Origin: Auanema rhodensis
Lineage: Eukaryota; Animalia; Nematoda
Length of the DNA stretch: 64,000 bases
NCBI GenBank assembly: GCA_964057225.1
Contig: OZ059899.1
Location: forward strand, 18,476,001 to 18,540,000
Direction: 5' to 3'
A program made the position numbers and the translations under genes. Positions 11,901 through 25,623 of this stretch are shown piece after piece. Under the pieces are notes generated by a model, which did not search any database, was not told the DNA's origin, and saw nothing but the letters and a program-made list of their open reading frames with translations. How positions within the stretch are numbered: the stretch's first letter is position 1; the number at the start of each line of letters is the position of its first letter.

Positions 11901-14900
11901 GATACAAAAATTAGTTATGATCGTTTGAAAAATGATGCCTTAGTGTATGTTGAGTTTCCATGTACACTCAACATTGCTTCCAAAAACATTTTGACAAAAA
12001 TTTTTTCGAAAAATTTCAAAATAATTTAGCAAAAAGTAGATGTTTTTAGATTCCTTTTTTCAAGGCAAAGACGATGGACAATGTTATTCAACGAAAAAAT
12101 TAATTCTTCAGGGTGAAAATCGAGGATATAAGTGTGAACTTATATCAGTTGATATCTCGGTACATTTTTAAGCTAGCGCAAATCTGATAACACAGATCGA
12201 CGCAGCTTAAAAATTCGCATCGAATGCACTATACTACATTGAGAAACGCTTAATACAAAATTTAGTTATGATCGTTTGAAAAATGATGCATTAGTGTATG
12301 TTGAGTTTCCATGTACACTGAACATTGCTTCCAAAAACATTTTGACAAAAATTTCTTCAAAAAATTTCAAAATAATTTAGCAAAAAGTAGATGTTTTTAG
12401 ATTCCTTTTTTCAAGGCAAAGACGATGGACTTTGTTATTCAACGAAAAAATTAATTCTTCAGGGTGAAAATCGAGGATATAAGTGTGAACTTATATCAGT
12501 TGATATCTCGGTGCATTTTTAAGCTAGCGCAAATCTAATAATACAGATCGACGCAGCTTAAAAATCCGCATCGAATGCACTATACTACATTGAGAAACGC
12601 TTAATACAAAATTTAGTTATGATCGTTTGAAAAATGATGCATTAGTGTATGTTGAGTTTCCATGTACACTGAACATTGCTTCCAAAAACATTTTGACAAA
12701 AATTTTTTCAAAAAATTTCAAAATAATTTAGCAAAAAGTAAATGTTTTTAGATTTCTTTTTTCAAGGCAAAGACGATGGACAATGTTATTCAACGAAAAA
12801 ATTAATTCTTCAGGGTGAAAATCGAGGATATAAGTGTGAACTTATATCAGTTGATATCTCGGTGCATTTTCAAGCTAGCGCAAATCTGATAACACAGATC
12901 GACGCAGCTTAAAAATCCGCATCGAATGCACTATACTACATTGAGAAACGCTTAATACAAAATTTAGTTATGATCGTTTGAAAAATGATGCATTAGTGTA
13001 TGTTGAGTTTCCATGTACACTGAACATTGCTTCCAAAAACATTTTGACAAAAATTTTTTCAAAAAATTTCAAAATAATTTAGCAAAAAGTAGATGTTTTT
13101 AGATTCCTTTTTTCAAGGCAAAGACGATGGACTTTGTTATTCAACGAAAAAATTAATTCTTCAGGGTGAAAATCGAGGATATAAGTGTGAACTTATATCA
13201 GTTGATATCTCGGTGCATTTTTAAGCTAGCGCAAATCTAATAATACAGATCGACGCAGCTTAAAAATCCGCATCGAATGCACTATACTACATTGAGAAAC
13301 GCTCGATACAAAAATTAGTTATGATCGTTTGAAAAATGATGCCTTAGTGTATGTTGAGTTTCCATGTACACTGAACATTGCTTCCAAAAACATTTTGACA
13401 AAAATTTCTTCAAAAAATTTCAAAATAATTTAGCAAAAAGTAGATGTTTTTAGATTCCTTTTTTCAAGGCAAAGACGATGGACTTTGTTATTCAACGAAA
13501 AAATTAATTCTTCAGGGTGAAAATCGAGGATATAAGTGTGAACTTATATCAGTTGATATCTCGGTGCATTTTTAAGCTAGCGCAAATCTAATAATACAGA
13601 TCGACGCAGCTTAAAAATCCGCATCGAATGCACTATACTACATTGAGAAACGCTTAATACAAAATTTAGTTATGATCGTTTGAAAAATGATGCATTAGTG
13701 TATGTTGAGTTTCCATGTACACTGAACATTGCTTCCAAAAACATTTTGACAAAAATTTTTTCAAAAAATTTCAAAATAATTTAGCAAAAAGTAAATGTTT
13801 TTAGATTTCTTTTTTCAAGGCAAAGACGATGGACAATGTTATTCAACGAAAAAATTAATTCTTCAGGGTGAAAATCGAGGATATAAGTGTGAACTTATAT
13901 CAGTTGATATCTCGGTGCATTTTCAAGCTAGCGCAAATCTGATAACACAGATCGACGCAGCTTAAAAATCCGCATCGAATGCACTATACTACATTGAGAA
14001 ACGCTTAATACAAAAATTAGTTATGATCGTTTGAAAAATGATGCCTTAGTGTATGTTGAGTTTCCATGTACACTCAACATTGCTTCCAAAAACATTTTGA
14101 CAAAAATCTTTTCGAAAAATTTCAAAATAATTTAGCGAAAAGTAGATGTTTTTAGATTCCTTTTTTCAAGGCAAAGACGATGGACAATGTTATTCAACGA
14201 AAAAATTAATTCTTCAGGGTGAAAATCGAGGATATAAGTGTGAACTTATATCAGTTGATATCTCGGTGCATTTTTAAGCTAGCGCAAATCTAATAATACA
14301 GATCGACGCAGCTTAAAAATCCGCATCGAATGCACTATACTACATTGAGAAACGCTTAATACAAAATTTAGTTATGATCGTTTGAAAAATGATGCATTAG
14401 TGTATGTTGAGTTTCCATGTACACTGAACATTGCTTCCAAAAACATTTTGACAAAAATTTTTTCAAAAAATTTCAAAATAATTTAGCAAAAAGTAAATGT
14501 TTTTAGATTTCTTTTTTCAAGGCAAAGACGATGGACAATGTTATTCAACGAAAAAATTAATTCTTCAGGGTGAAAATCGAGGATATAAGTGTGAACTTAT
14601 ATCAGTTGATATCTCGGTGCATTTTCAAGCTAGCGCAAATCTGATAACACAGATCGACGCAGCTTAAAAATCCGCATCGAATGCACTATACTACATTGAG
14701 AAACGCTTAATACAAAATTTAGTTATGATCGTTTGAAAAATGATGCATTAGTGTATGTTGAGTTTCCATGTACACTGAACATTGCTTCCAAAAACATTTT
14801 GACAAAAATTTTTTCAAAAAATTTCAAAATAATTTAGCAAAAAGTAGATGTTTTTAGATTCCTTTTTTCAAGGCAAAGACGATGGACTTTGTTATTCAAC

Positions 14901-15320
14901 GAAAAAATTAATTCTTCAGGGTGAAAATCGAGGATATAAGTGTGAACTTATATCAGTTGATATCTCGGTGCATTTTTAAGCTAGCGCAAATCTAATAATA
15001 CAGATCGACGCAGCTTAAAAATCCGCATCGAATGCACTATACTACATTGAGAAACGCTCGATACAAAAATTAGTTATGATCGTTTGAAAAATGATGCCTT
15101 AGTGTATGTTGAGTTTCCATGTACACTCAACATTGCTTCCAAAAACATTTTGACAAAAATTTTTTCGAAAAATTTCAAAATAATTTAGCAAAAAGTAGAT
15201 GTTTTTAGATTCCTTTTTTCAAGGCAAAGACGATGGACAATGTTATTCAACGAAAAAATTAATTCTTCAGGGTGAAAATCGAGGATATAAGTGTGAACTT
15301 ATATCAGTTGATATCTCGGT
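9000..15320. repeat. Tandem 9-monomer (3159 bp) duplication, boundaries approximate
   Basis: AAATTCGCA at 9056/12215 and GCTCGAT at 10145/13304 and 11900/15059 are all 3159 bp apart. Confidence 0.85.
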
Positions 15321-18300
15321 GCATTTTTAAGCTAGCGCAAATCTGATAACACAGATCGACGCAGCTTAAAAATCCGCATCGAATGCACTATACTACATTG
15401 AGAAACGCTTAATACAAAAATTAGTTATGATCGTTTGAAAAATGATGCATTAGTGTATGTTGAGTTTCCATGTACACTCAACATTGCTTCCAAAAACATT
15501 TTGACAAAAATTTTTTCGAAAAATTTCAAGATAATTTAGCAAAAAGTAGATGTTTTTAGATTCTTTTTTTCAAGGCAAAGACGATGAACAATGTTATTCA
15601 ACGAAAAAATTAATTCTTCAGGGTGAAAATCGAGGATATAAGTGTGAACTTATATCAGTTGATATCTCGGTGCATTTTTAAGCTAGCGCAAATCTAATAA
15701 TACAGATCGACGCAGCTTAAAAATCCGCATCGAATGCACTATACTACATTGAGAAACGCTTAATACAAAAATTAGTTATGATCGTTTGAAAAATGATGCC
15801 TTAGTGTATGTTGAGTTTCCATGTACACTCAACATTGCTTCCAAAAACATTTTGACAAAAATTTTTTCGAAAAATTTCAAAATAATTTAGCAAAAAGTAG
15901 ATGTTTTTAGATTCCTTTTTTCAAGGCAAAGACGATGGACAATGTTATTCAACGAAAAAATTAATTCTTCAGGGTGAAAATCGAGGATATAAGTGTGAAC
16001 TTATATCAGTTGATATCTCGGTGCATTTTTAAGCTAGCGCAAATCTGATAACACAGATCGACGCAGCTTAAAAATCCGCATCGAATGCACTATACTACAT
16101 TGAGAAACGCTTAATACAAAAATTAGTTATGATCGTTTGAAAAATGATGCATTAGTGTATGTTGAGTTTCCATGTACACTCAACATTGCTTCCAAAAACA
16201 TTTTGACAAAAATTTTTTCGAAAAATTTCAAGATAATTTAGCAAAAAGTAGATGTTTTTAGATTCTTTTTTTCAAGGCAAAGACGATGAACAATGTTATT
16301 CAACGAAAAAATTAATTCTTCAGGGTGAAAATCGAGGATATAAGTGTGAACTTATATCAGTTGATATCTCGGTGCATTTTTAAGCTAGCGCAAATCTAAT
16401 AATACAGATCGACGCAGCTTAAAAATCCGCATCGAATGCACTATACTACATTGAGAAACGCTTAATACAAAAATTAGTTATGATCGTTTGAAAAATGATG
16501 CCTTAGTGTATGTTGAGTTTCCATGTACACTCAACATTGCTTCCAAAAACATTTTGACAAAAATTTTTTCGAAAAATTTCAAAATAATTTAGCAAAAAGT
16601 AGATGTTTTTAGATTCCTTTTTTCAAGGCAAAGACGATGGACAATGTTATTCAACGAAAAAATTAATTCTTCAGGGTGAAAATCGAGGATATAAGTGTGA
16701 ACTTATATCAGTTGATATCTCGGTGCATTTTTAAGCTAGCGCAAATCTAATAATACAGATCGACGCAGCTTAAAAATCCGCATCGAATGCACTATACTAC
16801 ATTGAGAAACGCTCGATACAAAAATTAGTTATGATCGTTTGAAAAATGATGCCTTAGTGTATGTTGAGTTTCCATGTACACTGAACATTGCTTCCAAAAA
16901 CATTTTGACAAAAATTTCTTCAAAAAATTTCAAAATAATTTAGCAAAAAGTAGATGTTTTTAGATTCCTTTTTTCAAGGCAAAGACGATGGACTTTGTTA
17001 TTCAACGAAAAAATTAATTCTTCAGGGTGAAAATCGAGGATATAAGTGTGAACTTATATCAGTTGATATCTCGGTGCATTTTTAAGCTAGCGCAAATCTA
17101 ATAATACAGATCGACGCAGCTTAAAAATCCGCATCGAATGCACTATACTACATTGAGAAACGCTTAATACAAAATTTAGTTATGATCGTTTGAAAAATGA
17201 TGCATTAGTGTATGTTGAGTTTCCATGTACACTGAACATTGCTTCCAAAAACATTTTGACAAAAATTTTTTCAAAAAATTTCAAAATAATTTAGCAAAAA
17301 GTAAATGTTTTTAGATTTCTTTTTTCAAGGCAAAGACGATGGACAATGTTATTCAACGAAAAAATTAATTCTTCAGGGTGAAAATCGAGGATATAAGTGT
17401 GAACTTATATCAGTTGATATCTCGGTGCATTTTCAAGCTAGCGCAAACCTGATAACACAGATCGACGCAGCTTAAAAATCCGCATCGAATGCACTATACT
17501 ACATTGAGAAACGCTTAATACAAAAATTAGTTATGATCGTTTGAAAAATGATGCCTTAGTGTATGTTGAGTTTCCATGTACACTCAACATTGCTTCCAAA
17601 AACATTTTGACAAAAATCTTTTCGAAAAATTTCAAAATAATTTAGCGAAAAGTAGATGTTTTTAGATTCCTTTTTTCAAGGCAAAGACGATGGACAATGT
17701 TATTCAACGAAAAAATTAATTCTTCAGGGTGAAAATCGAGGATATAAGTGTGAACTTATATCAGTTGATATCTCGGTACATTTTTAAGCTAGCGCAAATC
17801 TGATAACACAGATCGACGCAGCTTAAAAATCCGCATCGAATGCACTATACTACATTGAGAAACGCTTAATACAAAATTTAGTTATGATCGTTTGAAAAAT
17901 GATGCATTAGTGTATGTTGAGTTTCCATGTACACTGAACATTGCTTCCAAAAACATTTTGACAAAAATTTCTTCAAAAAATTTCAAAATAATTTAGCAAA
18001 AAGTAGATGTTTTTAGATTCCTTTTTTCAAGGCAAAGACAATGGACTTTGTTATTCAACGAAAAAATTAATTCTTCAGGGTGAAAATCGAGGATATAAGT
18101 GTGAACTTATATCAGTTGATATCTCGGTGCATTTTTAAGCTAGCGCAAATCTAATAATACAGATCGACGCAGCTTAAAAATCCGCATCGAATGCACTATA
18201 CTACATTGAGAAACGCTTAATACAAAATTTAGTTATGATCGTTTGAAAAATGATGCATTAGTGTATGTTGAGTTTCCATGTACACTGAACATTGCTTCCA

Positions 18301-21300
18301 AAAACATTTTGACAAAAATTTTTTCAAAAAATTTCAAAATAATTTAGCAAAAAGTAAATGTTTTTAGATTTCTTTTTTCAAGGCAAAGACGATGGACAAT
18401 GTTATTCAACGAAAAAATTAATTCTTCAGGGTGAAAATCGAGGATATAAGTGTGAACTTATATCAGTTGATATCTCGGTGCATTTTCAAGCTAGCGCAAA
18501 TCTGATAACACAGATCGACGCAGCTTAAAAATCCGCATCGAATGCACTATACTACATTGAGAAACGCTTAATACAAAATTTAGTTATGATCGTTTGAAAA
18601 ATGATGCATTAGTGTATGTTGAGTTTCCATGTACACTGAACATTGCTTCCAAAAACATTTTGACAAAAATTTTTTCAAAAAATTTCAAAATAATTTAGCA
18701 AAAAGTAGATGTTTTTAGATTCCTTTTTTCAAGGCAAAGACGATGGACTTTGTTATTCAACGAAAAAATTAATTCTTCAGGGTGAAAATCGAGGATATAA
18801 GTGTGAACTTATATCAGTTGATATCTCGGTGCATTTTTAAGCTAGCGCAAATCTAATAATACAGATCGACGCAGCTTAAAAATCCGCATCGAATGCACTA
18901 TACTACATTGAGAAACGCTCGATACAAAAATTAGTTATGATCGTTTGAAAAATGATGCCTTAGTGTATGTTGAGTTTCCATGTACACTCAACATTGCTTC
19001 CAAAAACATTTTGACAAAAATTTTTTCGAAAAATTTCAAAATAATTTAGCAAAAAGTAGATGTTTTTAGATTCCTTTTTTCAAGGCAAAGACGATGGACA
19101 ATGTTATTCAACGAAAAAATTAATTCTTCAGGGTGAAAATCGAGGATATAAGTGTGAACTTATATCAGTTGATATCTCGGTGCATTTTTAAGCTAGCGCA
19201 AATCTGATAACACAGATCGACGCAGCTTAAAAATCCGCATCGAATGCACTATACTACATTGAGAAACGCTTAATACAAAAATTAGTTATGATCGTTTGAA
19301 AAATGATGCATTAGTGTATGTTGAGTTTCCATGTACACTCAACATTGCTTCCAAAAACATTTTGACAAAAATTTTTTCGAAAAATTTCAAGATAATTTAG
19401 CAAAAAGTAGATGTTTTTAGATTCTTTTTTTCAAGGCAAAGACGATGAACAATGTTATTCAACGAAAAAATTAATTCTTCAGGGTGAAAATCGAGGATAT
19501 AAGTGTGAACTTATATCAGTTGATATCTCGGTGCATTTTTAAGCTAGCGCAAATCTAATAATACAGATCGACGCAGCTTAAAAATCCGCATCGAATGCAC
19601 TATACTACATTGAGAAACGCTTAATACAAAAATTAGTTATGATCGTTTGAAAAATGATGCCTTAGTGTATGTTGAGTTTCCATGTACACTCAACATTGCT
19701 TCCAAAAACATTTTGACAAAAATTTTTTCGAAAAATTTCAAAATAATTTAGCAAAAAGTAGATGTTTTTAGATTCCTTTTTTCAAGGCAAAGACGATGGA
19801 CAATGTTATTCAACGAAAAAATTAATTCTTCAGGGTGAAAATCGAGGATATAAGTGTGAACTTATATCAGTTGATATCTCGGTGCATTTTTAAGCTAGCG
19901 CAAATCTGATAACACAGATCGACGCAGCTTAAAAATCCGCATCGAATGCACTATACTACATTGAGAAACGCTTAATACAAAAATTAGTTATGATCGTTTG
20001 AAAAATGATGCATTAGTGTATGTTGAGTTTCCATGTACACTCAACATTGCTTCCAAAAACATTTTGACAAAAATTTTTTCGAAAAATTTCAAGATAATTT
20101 AGCAAAAAGTAGATGTTTTTAGATTCTTTTTTTCAAGGCAAAGACGATGAACAATGTTATTCAACGAAAAAATTAATTCTTCAGGGTGAAAATCGAGGAT
20201 ATAAGTGTGAACTTATATCAGTTGATATCTCGGTGCATTTTTAAGCTAGCGCAAATCTAATAATACAGATCGACGCAGCTTAAAAATCCGCATCGAATGC
20301 ACTATACTACATTGAGAAACGCTTAATACAAAAATTAGTTATGATCGTTTGAAAAATGATGCCTTAGTGTATGTTGAGTTTCCATGTACACTCAACATTG
20401 CTTCCAAAAACATTTTGACAAAAATTTTTTCGAAAAATTTCAAAATAATTTAGCAAAAAGTAGATGTTTTTAGATTCCTTTTTTCAAGGCAAAGACGATG
20501 GACAATGTTATTCAACGAAAAAATTAATTCTTCAGGGTGAAAATCGAGGATATAAGTGTGAACTTATATCAGTTGATATCTCGGTGCATTTTTAAGCTAG
20601 CGCAAATCTGATAACACAGATCGACGCAGCTTAAAAATCCGCATCGAATGCACTATACTACAATGAGAAACGCTTAATACAAAAATTAGTTATGATCGTT
20701 TGAAAAATGATGCCTTAGTGTATGTTGAGTTTCCATGTACACTCAACATTGCTTCCAAAAACATTTTGACAAAAATCTTTTCGAAAAATTTCAAAATAAT
20801 TTAGCGAAAAGTAGATGTTTTTAGATTCCTTTTTTCAAGGCAAAGACGATGGACAATGTTATTCAACGAAAAAATTAATTCTTCAGGGTGAAAATCGAGG
20901 ATATAAGTGTGAACTTATATCAGTTGATATCTCGGTACATTTTTAAGCTAGCGCAAATCTGATAACACAGATCGACGCAGCTTAAAAATCCGCATCGAAT
21001 GCACTATACTACATTGAGAAACGCTTAATACAAAATTTAGTTATGATCGTTTGAAAAATGATGCATTAGTGTATGTTGAGTTTCCATGTACACTGAACAT
21101 TGCTTCCAAAAACATTTTGACAAAAATTTTTTCAAAAAATTTCAAAATAATTTAGCAAAAAGTAAATGTTTTTAGATTTCTTTTTTCAAGGCAAAGACGA
21201 TGGACAATGTTATTCAACGAAAAAATTAATTCTTCAGGGTGAAAATCGAGGATATAAGTGTGAACTTATATCAGTTGATATCTCGGTGCATTTTCAAGCT

Positions 21301-24300
21301 AGCGCAAATCTGATAACACAGATCGACGCAGCTTAAAAATCCGCATCGAATGCACTATACTACATTGAGAAACGCTTAATACAAAAATTAGTTATGATCG
21401 TTTGAAAAATGATGCCTTAGTGTATGTTGAGTTTCCATGTACACTCAACATTGCTTCCAAAAACATTTTGACAAAAATCTTTTCGAAAAATTTCAAAATA
21501 ATTTAGCGAAAAGTAGATGTTTTTAGATTCCTTGTTTCAAGGCAAAGACGATGGACAATGTTATTCAACGAAAAAATTAATTCTTCAGGGTGAAAATCGA
21601 GGATATAAGTGTGAACTTATATCAGTTGATATCTCGGTACATTTTTAAGCTAGCGCAAATCTGATAACACAGATCGACGCAGCTTAAAAATCCGCATCGA
21701 ATGCACTATACTACATTGAGAAACGCTTAATACAAAATTTAGTTATGATCGTTTGAAAAATGATGCATTAGTGTATGTTGAGTTTCCATGTACACTGAAC
21801 ATTGCTTCCAAAAACATTTTGACAAAAATTTCTCCAAAAAATTTCAAAATAATTTAGCAAAAAGTAGATGTTTTTAGATTCCTTTTTTCAAGGCAAAGAC
21901 GATGGACTTTGTTATTCAACGAAAAAATTAATTCTTCAGGGTGAAAATCGAGGATATAAGTGTGAACTTATATCAGTTGATATCTCGGTGCATTTTTAAG
22001 CTAGCGCAAATCTAATAATACAGATCGACGCAGCTTAAAAATCCGCATCGAATGCACTATACTACATTGAGAAACGCTTAATACAAAATTTAGTTATGAT
22101 CGTTTGAAAAATGATGCATTAGTGTATGTTGAGTTTCCATGTACACTGAACATTGCTTCCAAAAACATTTTGACAAAAATTTTTTCAAAAAATTTCAAAA
22201 TAATTTAGCAAAAAGTAAATGTTTTTAGATTTCTTTTTTCAAGGCAAAGACGATGGACAATGTTATTCAACGAAAAAATTAATTCTTCAGGGTGAAAATC
22301 GAGGATATAAGTGTGAACTTATATCAGTTGATATCTCGGTGCATTTTCAAGCTAGCGCAAATCTGATAACACAGATCGACGCAGCTTAAAAATCCGCATC
22401 GAATGCACTATACTACATTGAGAAACGCTTAATACAAAATTTAGTTATGATCGTTTGAAAAATGATGCATTAGTGTATGTTGAGTTTCCATGTACACTGA
22501 ACATTGCTTCCAAAAACATTTTGACAAAAATTTTTTCAAAAAATTTCAAAATAATTTAGCAAAAAGTAGATGTTTTTAGATTCCTTTTTTCAAGGCAAAG
22601 ACGATGGACTTTGTTATTCAACGAAAAAATTAATTCTTCAGGGTGAAAATCGAGGATATAAGTGTGAACTTATATCAGTTGATATCTCGGTGCATTTTTA
22701 AGCTAGCGCAAATCTAATAATACAGATCGACGCAGCTTAAAAATCCGCATCGAATGCACTATACTACATTGAGAAACGCTCGATACAAAAATTAGTTATG
22801 ATCGTTTGAAAAATGATGCCTTAGTGTATGTTGAGTTTCCATGTACACTCAACATTGCTTCCAAAAACATTTTGACAAAAATTTTTTCGAAAAATTTCAA
22901 AATAATTTAGCAAAAAGTAGATGTTTTTAGATTCCTTTTTTCAAGGCAAAGACGATGGACAATGTTATTCAACGAAAAAATTAATTCTTCAGGGTGAAAA
23001 TCGAGGATATAAGTGTGAACTTATATCAGTTGATATCTCGGTGCATTTTTAAGCTAGCGCAAATCTGATAACACAGATCGACGCAGCTTAAAAATCCGCA
23101 TCGAATGCACTATACTACATTGAGAAACGCTTAATACAAAAATTAGTTATGATCGTTTGAAAAATGATGCATTAGTGTATGTTGAGTTTCCATGTACACT
23201 CAACATTGCTTCCAAAAACATTTTGACAAAACTTTTTTCGAAAAATTTCAAGATAATTTAGCAAAAAGTAGATGTTTTTAGATTCTTTTTTTCAAGGCAA
23301 AGACGATGAACAATGTTATTCAACGAAAAAATTAATTCTTCAGGGTGAAAATCGAGGATATAAGTGTGAACTTATATCAGTTGATATCTCGGTGCATTTT
23401 TAAGCTAGCGCAAATCTAATAATACAGATCGACGCAGCTTAAAAATCCGCATCGAATGCACTATACTACATTGAGAAACGCTTAATACAAAAATTAGTTA
23501 TGATCGTTTGAAAAATGATGCCTTAGTGTATGTTGAGTTTCCATGTACACTCAACATCGCTTCCAAAAACATTTTGACAAAAATTTTTTCGAAAAATTTC
23601 AAAATAATTTAGCAAAAAGTAGATGTTTTTAGATTCCTTTTTTCAAGGCAAAGACGATGGACAATGTTATTCAACGAAAAAATTAATTCTTCAGGGTGAA
23701 AATCGAGGATATAAGTGTGAACTTATATCAGTTGATATCTCGGTACATTTTTAAGCTAGCGCAAATCTGATAACACAGATCGACGCAGCTTAAAAATCCG
23801 CATCGAATGCACTATACTACATTGAGAAACGCTTAATACAAAATTTAGTTATGATCGTTTGAAAAATGATGCATTAGTGTATGTTGAGTTTCCATGTACA
23901 CTGAACATTGCTTCCAAAAACATTTTGACAAAAATTTCTTCAAAAAATTTCAAAATAATTTAGCAAAAAGTAGATGTTTTTAGATTCCTTTTTTCAAGGC
24001 AAAGACGATGGACTTTGTTATTCAACGAAAAAATTAATTCTTCAGGGTGAAAATCGAGGATATAAGTGTGAACTTATATCAGTTGATATCTCGGTGCATT
24101 TTCAAGCTAGCGCAAATCTGATAACACAGATCGACGCAGCTTAAAAATCCGCATCGAATGCACTATACTACATTGAGAAACGCTTAATACAAAAATTAGT
24201 TATGATCGTTTGAAAAATGATGCCTTAGTGTATGTTGAGTTTCCATGTACACTCAACATTGCTTCCAAAAACATTTTGACAAAAATCTTTTCGAAAAATT

Positions 24301-25623
24301 TCAAAATAATTTAGCGAAAAGTAGATGTTTTTAGATTCCTTTTTTCAAGGCAAAGACGATGGACAATGTTATTCAACGAAAAAATTAATTCTTCAGGGTG
24401 AAAATCGAGGATATAAGTGTGAACTTATATCAGTTGATATCTCGGTACATTTTTAAGCTAGCGCAAATCTGATAACACAGATCGACGCAGCTTAAAAATC
24501 CGCATCGAATGCACTATACTACATTGAGAAACGCTTAATACAAAATTTAGTTATGATCGTTTGAAAAATGATGCATTAGTGTATGTTGAGTTTCCATGTA
24601 CACTGAACATTGCTTCCAAAAACATTTTGACAAAAATTTCTTCAAAAAATTTCAAAATAATTTAGCAAAAAGTAGATGTTTTTAGATTCCTTTTTTCAAG
24701 GCAAAGACGATGGACTTTGTTATTCAACGAAAAAATTAATTCTTCAGGGTGAAAATCGAGGATATAAGTGTGAACTTATATCAGTTGATATCTCGGTGCA
24801 TTTTTAAGCTAGCGCAAATCTAATAATACAGATCGACGCAGCTTAAAAATCCGCATCGAATGCACTATACTACATTGAGAAACGCTTAATACAAAATTTA
24901 GTTATGATCGTTTGAAAAATGATGCATTAGTGTATGTTGAGTTTCCATGTACACTGAACATTGCTTCCAAAAACATTTTGACAAAAATTTTTTCAAAAAA
25001 TTTCAAAATAATTTAGCAAAAAGTAAATGTTTTTAGATTTCTTTTTTCAAGGCAAAGACGATGGACAATGTTATTCAACGAAAAAATTAATTCTTCAGGG
25101 TGAAAATCGAGGATATAAGTGTGAACTTATATCAGTTGATATCTCGGTGCATTTTCAAGCTAGCGCAAATCTGATAACACAGATCGACGCAGCTTAAAAA
25201 TCCGCATCGAATGCACTATACTACATTGAGAAACGCTTAATACAAAATTTAGTTATGATCGTTTGAAAAATGATGCATTAGTGTATGTTGAGTTTCCATG
25301 TACACTGAACATTGCTTCCAAAAACATTTTGACAAAAATTTTTTCAAAAAATTTCAAAATAATTTAGCAAAAAGTAGATGTTTTTAGATTCCTTTTTTCA
25401 AGGCAAAGACGATGGACTTTGTTATTCAACGAAAAAATTAATTCTTCAGGGTGAAAATCGAGGATATAAGTGTGAACTTATATCAGTTGATATCTCGGTG
25501 CATTTTTAAGCTAGCGCAAATCTAATAATACAGATCGACGCAGCTTAAAAATCCGCATCGAATGCACTATACTACATTGAGAAACGCTCGATACAAAAAT
25601 TAGTTATGATCGTTTGAAAAATG